Source: an uncultured Thermoplasmatales archaeon (GTDB lineage Archaea > Thermoplasmatota > Penumbrarchaeia > Penumbrarchaeales > Penumbrarchaeaceae). Taken from it: a stretch of DNA of 64,000 nt. Positions 19,323 through 32,120 of the stretch are shown here, one piece after another. Both the position numbers and the translations under genes were made by a program. Location: contig CAWEDU010000009.1 in NCBI GenBank assembly GCA_963807965.1, positions 35,577-99,576 of the forward strand. Direction: 5' to 3'. The notes beneath the pieces are model-generated. The model was given only the letters and a program-made list of their open reading frames with translations, did no database searches and was not told where the DNA came from. Positions within the stretch are counted from its first letter, which is position 1. The number at the start of each line of letters is the position of its first letter.

Positions 19323-22300
19323 TCACTCTTCGAAGGAATCACCTTTTCCTTTCTTTCTCATCACTAATAACATCACTATAACCAATATGATGACCAGGAC
19401 TACAATTATTCCTATACAACAGAGGTAGAAAGGAGGATCATCACTGCTACTTCCAGATGATGGTTCCTTGGGCATCAAAGCTGTACCTGAGTAGGATTGA
19501 GCCATGTCAGGACCTCCTTCGGTTTCTGAGAAATGGTAATTATAATCCTCTTCCCAATCGAATTCCTCATATGGTATTAAAACCCTGTAATTTCCAGGTG
19601 CATCCTCAACAACATTGAAGGATCCAATACCATCTATCACAATGTATATTGTCTGTCCCTCTGGTCCTTGGACCTTCACATCCCATGTGCCGCTCTCTCT
19701 AACTTCCACTGTGGCTGATGTAATTGACCACACAGGTGGACTATAGGGTTCCTCTGGAGTCATTATGGTCCCGTTGAATTCCTGAGCTCTATCCAGACCA
19801 CCATAGGAATCAGTGAAGAAATAATTATATTCCGTATCCCAATCCAGGATTGTACCGTTTATTAGGTATGTGTATGTCCCGGAAGGACCTTCCGCAAGTT
19901 CCAGGTAGTCGATGTTTAAAAAGAACATAAAGATGTCCAAGTTGGGTGGTCCGGTTACTATGACAGAAACATTCTTACCTTCATCTACGGTGACCTCTGC
20001 AGAGAAGATATCCCATGGATCGGTAGCATTTCCAGTCATGAACCACCATTCGAACTCTTCCCAAAGGGGGAATCCTTCATAGGAGATCACCGTTGAAAGG
20101 ATCCTAACTGAATAATTTGTATCTGGCTGGAAAGGATCATGGCTTATAGTAACAATCGTAAGGGAACCATCCCAAGCAAATGTGGTATTTGCCACCTCTG
20201 GTGTAATAATAATCCCATTGGAAACTGAGCTGATATCCATGGTATGACTGAACTCGATCATTATCGGTGAGTCCAGGTATACTCCCTCTCCCTCAGGAGT
20301 GTTATAAGTGATGTTAACAAAGGAGGGGGATGTATATTCAATGAATTCAAGAGTGATGTCAAGATCGAAGGAAGCGACAGTCAAGGAAAAACTCTCTGAT
20401 TCCTTTTCCTGATATCCTGATCTCAGATCTTCCACTGGTTGTAACTCCTCCGGTGGAACTGCGAGGATACTGTAAGTACCAAATGGAATTGCCTGGAAAA
20501 GGAAACCACCCTCAACAGTTGCTTTTGTCCATGAAACAGGTCCTCCGTCTTGGATCAAAGTTACATTAGCTCCGGGTATTCCACTTTGGAATGGTCCTCC
20601 ATCACCGATTACCTTTCCCATGATATTTCCAATTGTCAAATTTTCCAGTATAATATTATGTAGGATCGGATTCCAACCATCGGTAATAAGAGGATCACCT
20701 TCATAAGGATCATAGAGGGGTGTCCTTTCCACAATTATCCTGTACTCGCCCTTATTTATTGTGAATATGTAGAAACCTGTCGCATTTGTCGTTGCCTGTC
20801 GAAGAACGATAAATGTTCCACCCTCTTTCACCTGGAGTGTTACATTGATACCAGGAACGGGGTCCCCGGCCTTATTGGTAACTATTCCTGTAATGAAGGT
20901 TGAGGGTTTTAGAACAAGCATAAGATCGTTGATCTGTCCTGAAACAATTACATCTGTTTTTGAGGAAAGAGTATTATTGAAAGTACAGGAATGAATAGTT
21001 TCCAGGATACATAAGAATGGAAAAGGACCCATCAGTTCCTGTTTCTACGGTATAAGGCATGAATAAAGGATGGTCATTGTCAGAGGCTTCTAAGTACCCA
21101 TGGATACCAATGCCCTCATCATCCACAAGTGTGCCGTTCACCCAATATTGGATATCGCCTATAGGATCAAGGTAAATATCATGCTCACTTGGAGCCCTTG
21201 TTGACAGATCGATCTCTTCACTTTCTGGGTAATATCCAATTCTAGTTGCCTGGATCACAACGTGGTCCATTCCCCAGGTCCTGTAGAATCCATTTAGCAT
21301 TGAACCTGTATCGTATCTAAACAGTTCGATCCCCTCAGGAAGAGGGGGGGCCATCATCATTCTTGAGGAACCAGTAGGATGATATGAATAGGCGTTGATA
21401 TAAACACCTCCGATCACCTCACCAGTAACAGAATCCCTTGTGAATCCGATTATATCGCCTGGTTCCCCCCTAGGATAAAGAGTAACATCTCCGATACTCC
21501 CAGGAGTCATCGGAACATTGAGATTGGTGGGGTTGAATGCCCATGGGTTTAATAGTTTGTTTTCGGGATAGTAAGTGGTATCGAAATACACATTACTCCC
21601 GGGATTAACCCTGAAATTGATACGTCCCAATGAATCCGTATAGAAAATATCCCACTCGCTTAAACCTCCTATATCATAGTCTAACCAGACCCGAAGATCT
21701 GCTACCGGAGTTCCAGAAGGATCCTTGAAGGTCAGATAATAGTCTCCTGGAACCGGGGGCGCTTCCCATGTATCTCTATCTATCCGGATCTCGATCGGAT
21801 CGTTGCTTCCATTCAATATCACTAAATTATTAACTTTTCCTCTTCCATAAGAACAGGTAGCTTCTATCTCGAAGTATTTACCAGCGATCAATTCTCCGTC
21901 AAACACGCCTGTTCCATTGGCATCAACATAATTGGAATAGTAATGCCCTTCTACCTCAGCTACTCCTCTGATCTCTGCGTCCTTGATGGGAAGACCGGTC
22001 AGGTTGTCTACCACGACGATCTTCACAGTTCCTGTTGGAATGTTGGGCATATATGGTTCATATTCCTCCAGAACGATCTCATAATTCAGGGCTCTGACAG
22101 GATTTGTATCAATTACAATGCTCCCTGAATTATATCCACTTTGATAAGCCTGGACAATGATCTTCTGCCCAATTGGAAGTTCGAATTCCAATGAACCATC
22201 AGGATTTACATAGGAACTGAAATAAAAGGACCATAATCCATCAGGGAAGAAGAATGAATTGGACCAGGAGATCCTGGCACTTTTCAGAACACTTGTCGAG

Positions 22301-23301
22301 TTTTTCACAGTGACATTCACAGTTATTGAGGGGGGAGGTGTAAGTTCGAATTCCATATCCTCCGGAGTACCATTCATTACAATGTTTCGTATGACAGTAA
22401 TATCCGTATTCGGATATTCAACGAAATCAGCATTTAGGTCTAATTCCGTCTCCCCCTTTCTACTATCGATCTCATACCAGCCATCCGTGTCAGGATAATG
22501 AGTATCATATTCTCCTCTGTGAGCATATTCAACAGGATTCAGGAATACTTGCATATCTCCCTTATTGATCGGTTGTCCGTTGGATGTGTTGATGAACCTT
22601 ACCCTTGACTGTCCGTCAGGCATGTAAAGGGGGATGAGATCGAAATCAAAATTATAGGTGGTTTGTCCCTCTCTTGTGAAGATTGATCGAGAATTTATAT
22701 TATAGCCGGGGGTTTTGTAAGCTGAGAGGGATAGGCTTTCAGATTCTGTGATAGGGGCCATGAGAGAATACCTTCCATCGACACCTGTGATATTGCTCTT
22801 AGAAATGTAATTCCCAAGTGAATCTTGTCCAGAAAACGATACCCAAGCTCCTTCAATAGGAAGTGAGGAACTCAGATTACTTACAATCCCAGTAATCACC
22901 CTATCGTAAGCTGGAAGAGGGTTCAGGACAATGTCCTTGAAAACGATCTCATCAGGGAATACTGCCAGATGTTCCATGAAAATGTCATCATATGAACTGT
23001 CCTCGATCCTTATCTCACCCTGGCCAAGCTGTTCCCATTTGATATCAAAGGAGGCCTGTCCAGTGGAGTTCAGGGCCATGGTTGAGTATGAATAACTAGA
23101 ATCAGGTTGCCATGATATGTACAGACCCTTCACGGGGGTTCCATTTGGATGAGTTACATTCACATTCAGGGTACCATTATGGTAGTCTGAAAGTGGTGCC
23201 TTCCCATTTCCCTGGACTTCACCCAGGTTCAACATGGAAATGGATGATAATATCATAACGAACAATACTATGATTGAAATTATCCTTGTTTGCATCCTCA
23301 T
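19323..23301 (-). CDS. Large secreted, membrane-anchored protein (about 1320 aa) with carboxypeptidase-regulatory-like repeats, an Ig-like domain and a C-terminal TM; frameshift near 20980
   Basis: Signal peptide, repeated G.V.D...G.PI.GA.V / T...G.Y motifs, Big_5-like I.I.FS..MD segment, TM plus RKKGK; two overlapping ORFs. Confidence 0.75.
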
Positions 23302-23413
23302 AATGACACCGTCCAATACCTAATATATACTATCAATACAGTATATTTCTTATTTTAATGGTTAGGTTGGTTCGTCGAATCAATCTTTGAGTCCTTCAAG
23401 ATACTGACCTGTC

Positions 23414-26400
23414 CTATCCAATCGGTCTAATGATGGAACCGACTGGAGAGGGAACTATCTCGTACCCCGTCCTGATCTGTCTCCTCAATTCCCCCACATG
23501 TGATATTACACCTACTAACCTTCCCTGTCTCAGTTCTGTTAGGACCTTCAGGGCTGTCTGGAGTGTCTCCTCATCAAGTGATCCAAATCCTTCGTCTATG
23601 AAGAGGGCATCCATCCTTATACCTCCAGACCGGGATTGAACAACATCGGCCAGACCAAGAGCGAGTGCAAGGGATGAAAGGAACATCTGGCCCCCGCTCA
23701 ATGTATTTGCTGGTCTTTCCAAGCCAGTATAATTATCAAATACATTCAGATCAAGACCCCCTTTTGACCTTCCTCCTGTCTCGGATTCATCTGCTCGTCT
23801 TAGGAGAAACCTATTTCCAGAGAGGATCTTGAGCCTCTGATTTGACGCTATCAGGACCTCTTCGAACCTCTGGGCAAGGAAGAACCTTTCCAGGGACACT
23901 CTGGGATTTGAATTACCTTTCACCTCCTTGGAGAGCCTTCCGACCACTTTCATGGTTTTCTCAAGGTCCTCTATCTCCCGGGACACCCTTTTCACCTTCT
24001 CAATTTGGCTTTTTGTCCAAAGCAGATCGGATTCTATCCTTGCCCTTTCCTCGGTTATCTCAGAAAGCAACTTCTTTGCTTCTTCTTCTTCCTTGCTGAA
24101 TTTCTCCAACTCCTCAATAGTTGGAACAGGGGTATCACCCCCTGTTTCGATCAGACTCCTCTCAAGTGTATGGATCGAATTATTCACCTGGATCTTTTTC
24201 TCTTTATGATCCTCTACCTTTTCAACGATCAGATTCTCATCCTCTTCAGAGAGAAGAGATCTCCTGAGATCATCCTTGGTTTCCAATCCCTCATGTTTTG
24301 CTTTATTCAGATTGTTCTCCAGTTTCTCATTTATCTCATCAAGCCTTTGGGAGATCTCCTTCAGCCTTTGCTCCCTTGAACTAAGCTTTTCCTCTAAAGC
24401 TATGTGTCCTTTCCGCAAGGTCTCTACCTTAGTGGAGATGTTGTTGATATCAATTTTTAATTCGTTTTCTCTTCCTTCTATTCTTAATATCTCTCTCTTC
24501 AAAGAACCAGACGGGTCCTTTTCATCTATCTCGATGTCCAATCCTTTTAGTGTCGAGATCTTTTCCTTCAAAGTAGCTTTAGTTCCCTCGATATCCAGAA
24601 CCAATTCTTGGATCCTTTCCTTCAGAGGTGCCTTCAACCCCTCGATGGATTGGGACTTCTTTTCAAAATTCACCCTTTCTTTCTGAAAAGCGATCTCTTT
24701 TTCATCTCTACTTGTTTGTATTGAGAGCCTACGTCCAAGATCATGGACCAATTTTTTCATGGTTTTAATATCCTTATCAGAAAGGTCCGGGTAGGTATTA
24801 CCTATACTTTCCATCCTCCCCACCAGGTCCTTGATGGATGTCTGGATAGTGTTTACCTCTATCCTTGACATGTCGAATTTATCCCTGGCCTCCTGAACTG
24901 ACAAAATGGCTGAATTAATGGTTTTCAAAGTGACATCGTCAATTTGTTTCTCCCTTGGAGAGGGGTGTTCGAAAGAACCGCAAACAGGACATTCCATACC
25001 TTCTTCAAGGTCCTTTGCGAGCTCCCCTGCAATGGAGATCTCTCTTCTCTTCCTTAGGTCTTCCAAATCCTTCGAACGAGAATTTAAATTCATTTCAAGA
25101 TTTTGACATCTCGATATTGAATCCTTCATTTTTATCTCAAGGCCCTGCTTTTCCAAGATGATGGAGATCAGATCTTTGCCAGTTTTTTCCAATTGGCTGA
25201 GTTCAATGACCTTCTCTTTTTTAGGAAGCAGTCCAAGCTCCATCTTGATCTTTGATATACCGTCATTGCATTCCACCTCCTCCTTCAGCAGTTTATCTTG
25301 ATCCTTACCGAGAATATTATAATCAACCTCAAGTTTGGAAATTCGATGGGAAAGGTGTTCAATCTCCAAAACACTAGGTTGGAAAGATCCAATAGTGTTC
25401 CTCCTAGTTCCGATGATCTCCAGTTCCTTCTTCTTCAAAGGTAGCAGCTCTTCAGACCTTTGGGTCCATATATCCAATTCTCTCTTTGATGCCGAAAGTT
25501 GATCCTTTAGGTGAATTGTCTCTTTTTCCAGTTTTTCCCTATCGGTCAACAAGAGGTCCATGGTCTCAAGGTCCGATCTCATTCTCTGCCCCTTTCGATT
25601 CAATTCAAGGGACCTGCGGAGGTGTGAGATCTCAGTTTTCTCAATTCTTTCAAGTTCGACCTTTTGCTCTCTGGCCTTTTGAAGTTCATCGGAGATCTTG
25701 ACAATGGTCCTGGCCTTTTGAGATCTTTCCTGATATATCCTACTTCTTTCCTTCCTTTCTTCCTCAGACTTCCTTAATTCCTCCATTTTTTGATCAAGTT
25801 CGTTGATAGTCTTCAATGACCATTCCCCAAAGGTCACACCCTCACCAGGGCCCTCTCCAAGGTCCAGTTTCTCAATAAGGGTTGAAATTACAGTATCTAA
25901 GGTGAGGTTCTCTTCTCCTTTATTTCACCATAGAGTCTCTTTGACCTGACCTCGATCGAATCGGAAATGTCCCTGTATTTTATGGAATCGAAAAGCTTCC
26001 GGAGCAATATCTCTCTCTTTTCTGTATCAGATCTGAGCAATTCCCTGAACTCTCCTTGTGGGATCATCATTACTCTGGAGAACTGTTCCATTTCCAGCCC
26101 CAGGACCTCGACCACCTTATTATGAACCTCTCTCTTCTGAGTGGCCAGGGTCTTTTTTTGGTAACTTCCTTTTACCATCGGGTCGGATATCAATAATGAT
26201 AGAGAGGCCTTCTCCGGTCTCATTATGATACCTCCCCCCTTTTTTGGAGCTTCATACTGGAGGATCCTCTCAACGAGATACCTCCTGTCCCCCACCATGA
26301 AACTGAAAATGATCCTCGGTTCTTCCCCATCCACTGAATGATCACTTCTCATGTTACGATCTCTTCCTGAGGGGGTCTTCCCATAGAGTGAGTAGCAAAT

Positions 26401-26541
26401 GGCATCGAAAATGAAACTCTTCCCTGATCCAGTAGGGCCGCAAATGAGGAAGAGACCGTCCTCCTTAACACTTGTTAGGTCGATCCTTGTCCTTTTAACG
26501 AAGGGTCCAATGTTTTCCATTTCGAGATGTTGAGGTAACAT
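23414..26541 (-). CDS. sbcC: SbcC/Rad50-family SMC-like ATPase, bacterial SbcC type (frameshift near 25900)
   Basis: Walker A GPTGSGKS, Q-loop IPQGEF, zinc hook CPVCGS..HP, LSGGQ, Walker B/D-loop FIDEGFGSLD, ISH. Confidence 0.92.
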
Positions 26542-27699
26542 CAGACCACCCTCTTTCCATCAACATCAATTTCCCTTCTGACCTCCTTAAAAAGTTCGAT
26601 CGCAGTCTTCCTTCCTTCCCCCTCCTCCCATCGGAACCGGTCCAGGAATAGAGAAAAAAGCTGGTTGGGGTCATCAGCCTGCTCACAGGTGATAGTACAC
26701 ATATCTTCCAATTCACGGTGCAATGCGGGTTGGTCGATCTCCAGTAAATGAGGATATCTCTCCCTGAGCTTCCTGTGGGTATCAATAAGATACCCCATGT
26801 CTGTCAGTATAACGGAGAGGTAGTGGGAGCTGTATTTGTCGAGATCGGGTGAATTAAGTAATTCATCAAGGTTTCCAGAGATCTTGCTGAACTCTCTAAG
26901 GGTAGCATGCTCGAGTTCCTTCCTCACAAGTTTGCCTTTCGATAGCTCCAGTACAAGAGATGATTTTCGATGCTCCGTCTCGGAGAATGAATATGGCATC
27001 AGGGACCCAGAATAGTAAGCATTATGGGTCCTGGATGATACCTGTGGTCTGTGAAGGTGACCAAGGGCTACATGGTCGAATTCCCTGAACAAATCGATAT
27101 CGATCAGACCCTGATTACCGATAAGTAGCTCCCTCTCGCTTTCGGACCTCAGAGGTTCCCTTCCCGTGTATGTATGTGCTAGAAGAATCGATGGCAATGA
27201 ATCATCCTTTGCCTCCCTGATCCGATTTAACAGGAACTCTGTAGCATCCTGATGGGTCTTTATCCCTTCATCTGGATACATTTCTCTTACGAATACCTCG
27301 TCCACAAAGGGTAGGGCGAAAACCTGGACCTTGTTCCCTTCGGAATCGGTGACTATCACAGGTTCCTTTATCCTTCCGTACCGGCATCTGAAATGGATCC
27401 CATTCTTCTCCAGAATCCCGGATGCGAAATCCAATCTTGAGGGGGAATCGTGGTTACCAGGGATCACAACTACTGTGATCTGCCTTTCAACCATTTTTTC
27501 TATGAAACCTGAGAATAGTAGGTACAGATTCGGAAGGTGGAACCGCTCTATCATAGATATCTCCGGCTATTAGAACAGCATCATAACCATTTTCAAGCTC
27601 TTTCTCTATCGAGCGAATTGCGTATCTCTGGTCCTCAAGGAGGTCCTGTCCATGTATGGATTTGCCAAGATGCCAGTCTGAGGTGTGAAGTATCTTCAT
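26541..27699 (-). CDS. sbcD: SbcD/Mre11-family nuclease, bacterial SbcD type (frameshift near 27522)
   Basis: MKILHTSDWHLG, AGDIYD..VP, GNHDS, ALGHLH, YSGSLMPYSFSE. Confidence 0.93.
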
Positions 27700-27856
27700 C
27701 AGGTCCCCTCGTCCTCTTCGAATTAATAGCTTCTATAATATAACCTTGACAACAGGGAGATTACGGAAAGTGAAACTTCTCCATTCTATCCAATTATATT
27801 GTATGGCAATATCAGAAGAATCTTCAAGAATGTGGATATATTTCCAAATAATTCTA

Positions 27857-30800
27857 TTAATTCAACCTTCTCCTCTTGATCAGGACAGAGATCAATATCA
27901 AGCACATGATAAGTAGAAGGATTAAAAGAGCGATATCCAGCATACTGAACATTCTATATCCTTCTTCATCCTCCATGACCTCAGCAACCCTGGGATCTGT
28001 TCCATTTATGTATTCCTCAAGATCTGTGAAGCCGTCCTCATCTGCATCATTTTCCCCTGAAGGGGTCAATGGATCAAGATCATATTCTACCTCCCATCCG
28101 TCAGGCATTGAATCATCGTCAGTATCGGCAAGATCAAGCAGGGTTCCTATTTTATACTCCCAGAAATTGCTCAATCCGTCAAGATCGAGATCGTGTCCGC
28201 CGTCTGTCCTGTCTCTTGGATCCAATCCTAATTCTAACTCTAAGAGGTCCGGGATCGTGTCCTCGTCCCAGTCATAATCGACTGGGAGGACCGTTATATA
28301 AAAAGTCTCACTTGCCTTATTACCGGCTAGATCCTCCACTGTTACGATCACTTCCCTCTGACCTTCTTCGATAAGCACACCTGACCATAATGACCAGTTG
28401 CCATCGTAGGGAAGACCTGACCAGTTTATCATTCCAATCCCAATGTTATCTGAAACCCCTAACTCAATGAACACTTGCTCTCCAGAATATATTATGATAT
28501 CGTCAATTGGCATTATCGTTGGAGGTAGAACATCCATTATTGCAACAGTTTGGAAGGGTCCTCTTGCAAAGTTACTTGACCTATCCTCCATTAGGAAAAT
28601 GTAATAGATACTCCCGGTTGTTCCTTCTGGTACCTTAACACCTTCAGTGAAGAACAATCCCCCTGGTCTCAGGTCAACAGTGTTCCTACTACCTTGATCG
28701 AACCAATATTGGACTTTTACATCTTTTAGACCGATATTGTCAGAAGCATCGCATTTTAATCTGAAATATTCACCGGAAAAAGCCATTCCTTCACTTTCAT
28801 CGGAAATGAACACAGGTGGATCATTATCCACAATAGATACATTCCTCCATCCGGTGGTTATACTGTTTCCAAACTGGTCCTCTAGTGAAAACTGGTAACC
28901 TAAATTCATATCCGTATGAGGAAGGAGAACATCATGGAAGAAGAGTGATCCGTTACCCTGTGTCATATCGATGATATCCACATCACCTCCTCCTATCCTT
29001 AAAAATAACTTGACTTCGGTACCGATATGATCATCTGTTGCTTCTACAAGGAAAGTGAACGGATCTCCGGTTGTACCTTCCTCGGGAGTTCTATCATCCA
29101 GCAATTTTGGCGGGGAATCATCGATAATTTCTACCATCTTAAGAATTGTTGAATTCCAGTTTCCATGGAGGTCCTTTGCAGAGAATACGTAGTAAAGAAT
29201 ATCTCCTGGCATTCCAGTTACAGTAATTCTGTGGAAGAACTGATCGTCATCATTTCCCATTGTCCTGTTCCGGTGATAACCATCGTTTATCCAGTATTCC
29301 AGGTAAGCCTCTCCAACACCCCAGTCGTCAATAATGATCGTGGAGAATTTCAATTCCTTATATGATCTGGTTTCCGAAGGTGTAAAATCATCGATGAACC
29401 TTGGCAGATAAGAACCTCTGACAGGAATTACCTTCTCTATTGTTGAATTTGTATTTTCCTTTGAATCAGTGGCATGAAATTGGTAGGAAAGTGTAAATTC
29501 ACTGTCTGGCAGATAAGTGGTAAATGAATAGATATCATTGCCTTGATTAAAAATGGTATTGTTTGATGACGGCCCCTGATCCAAAGTGAAGTTTAGATTG
29601 ACCTTTTTTAGTATGCCGTTGTCTGTTACTTTCATAGAGAATGTGAGTTCCTGGCCTGGGACAATCTCAGTCGGTGTCAAGTCCTCGATAAATTGAGGAG
29701 GTTCGGCCTCCTTCACGGTTATCCAATTTGACGTCTTTGAGGTCCCGATATTGTTTCGAGAAGTGACATAATAGGAATATGTTTTTGTCACATCGATATC
29801 GTCATCGATAAAGTGTGTAGAGGTGGAACTGCCGAGGAAGGTCTTGTGGCCAGTCTCGTATCCCCGTGATATATTATACCCGAGAATTGGACTATTGCCA
29901 TCCCAATCTGGTTCATCCCATTCCAGATAGACCTTTCCACCCTCCATTCTTCCGGAAAGGTTCACCGGCGCCGAAGAAGGCAATTCCACCATCGAACAGT
30001 TCATGATGCTTATAAAATAATCAGTAACACCCTTGAAACCGCTCGAATACGATCCGGAAAATGTGGGGAAATCGCTGGAATATGTGGATCCCGTGATGCA
30101 GGCCGTTCTCTCATCCAGGAGATTGATGGAACATCGGAAGATCATCAGCCACACCTCCTAAAAATGAAGAATAGACCAAATCACTTCCATCAGGTAGTAC
30201 CGAAGAAATGAAAACGTCATATCGGGCAGATATATTGACATCGTATGCTCCTTGAGTGCATGGAAAATCCTTTGACATGGTCCTACCTGTTATAAAGGCA
30301 AATCCTGATGAATTGACTCCGAGATCCAGTATGTAATCATATTCTGATCCCCCTATGAATGTGGAATAGATCAGGTTTTTCCCCCAGGGATCAAGTTTGA
30401 AAAGGATCCCGTCCCATCTCCTGCTCAGATTGGTCTGGAAAGCACCTTCGGTTGTCTCGAACCTCCATGATGAAGTGCTTCCTCCAACGTAAACATTCTC
30501 ATCATCATCGAGAGCGATACACTTCCCCTCTCCAATGCTCATGTATGTTGAGAACTCCAGATCGTTTTTTGTGAGGTTGAAACACAGAACGAAAGGATTG
30601 AAATCGGTCTTGTTGGCATTGTAGGATCTGTCATAAGCCCCCTGTGTTGTGGGCATATCGGTGGAATTGGTCCTGCCGGTCAGGTAGACCATGTGGTCTC
30701 CGAAAAGGACCATATCCGCTGGCTCATCAAAACCTGATCCACCAATGAAAGTCGAGTAATCAAGCCCGCTTCCCGAAGGGTTGAGAACGAAGAACCCGAT

Positions 30801-32117
30801 GTCGCTGATACCGCTGAAATTCCTTGAATAGGCACCGGATGTAGTTGTGAAGTTCCCCGTGTACACAGTTGCCGCGACAAAAGCCCTTCCATCACTGTCA
30901 ACGGTAACAACTGGAAAGATATCGGTTCCGTAATCCCCTATATAGGTAGAATATTCGAGGTCGGTCCCGTTCTCATTCAAACGCAGAACGAATAGATCAT
31001 AGTAACGTTCGTACCCTTTCTTGAACAGAGACCTGTCATATGCACCATCTGTTGTCGGGAAATCAGTTGAAAGTGTATGACCTGCCACAATGACATCCCC
31101 GTCACCGCAAAGGGCGATCGAATAACCATAATCCACATCAGCCCCGCTGATGTAGGTTGAATAGGAGAGGTTCTTCAGAGTTGGGTCGATCTTGAAGACG
31201 ACAATATCATCAAATGTGCTCCAGTTGATACAATAAGCACCTTCTGTTACCGGAAAATCGAGAGAATAGGTGGAACCCACAGTATAAACATATCCATCCT
31301 CATCCACAACGGACCTTCCGATGCTGTCAACACCTGTTCCTCCGATAAATGTGGATTGCTTTAGAATGGGATCGATGACAACCGCTTTCGAGGTATCATA
31401 TTCTCCCAATTCGAATGTAAAGGTATCATCCTCGATCACGATGAATTTGACATCGATCTCTTCTTCCGGAAGGTCCCTGTAATATGCTTTAAGGCCTGTA
31501 TCCTCGACTGACATTCCATTTTCAAGCTGAATCTGCAATGCATCCCCGTCAACCGAGAGAGAAATGTGGCCCGACAGCTTCATCATGATATCCAAGGGAT
31601 CCGAGAAAGGTTCCATCGTGAATTCGTATTTTGGCCCGTCCCCGACAACATCCAGATCGATTCCCGTCCATAGATCCTCATAATGGACCCCTGAAAATCG
31701 TCTAGCACCAGAGACCCAATCCCTTTTATCTTCTCCCTTAAAATAATTGCAAATACCCGGTAAAAGGTCAAATCCACGAGGATCTGTATGATCCGTATCT
31801 ATGAATTTATAATGGAGAACATTGCCCCTAACTGTCTCCTCCGTAGCGGATTCTATCAGGTTCAACCTCATGGATGAAGGGGTCAAAGAGATCTGCCCGA
31901 ATCCTGTTTCTGCTATGAAAGAAATGGTATCTTCCCATTGGCCTCGATTCTCTACGAATTCTGATGTACCATACTGCTCGCAATTCAAAGCAGATTGTGG
32001 TTCATTCAAGAAGGGGGTTCGATCCGTTTCCTCTATCGATTGGACTGGATAGGACAATATCAACATCATCAAAATGGATACGATTGAGATTACCGGTACC
32101 ACTCTGTTTGACCTCAT
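27857..32117 (-). CDS. Large surface protein with SBBP-type beta-propeller repeats, FN3, Ig-like domains, DxDxDG Ca-binding repeats and a C-terminal TM; frameshift near 30135
   Basis: FVENRGQW, repeated G.T.S.DFP.T.GAYD and YST(F/Y)IGG; FN3 W..P..DG.SPI.GY; D.D.DG..D..E repeats; TM plus KRRR. Confidence 0.8.
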
Positions 32118-32120
32118 GGA

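Noticed and set aside
23414..27699. Anti-phage SMC system (Wadjet or Lamassu)
   Set aside because: The zinc hook and the SbcD phosphoesterase partner identify a repair-type SbcCD; no Jet or Lmu accessory genes are present.
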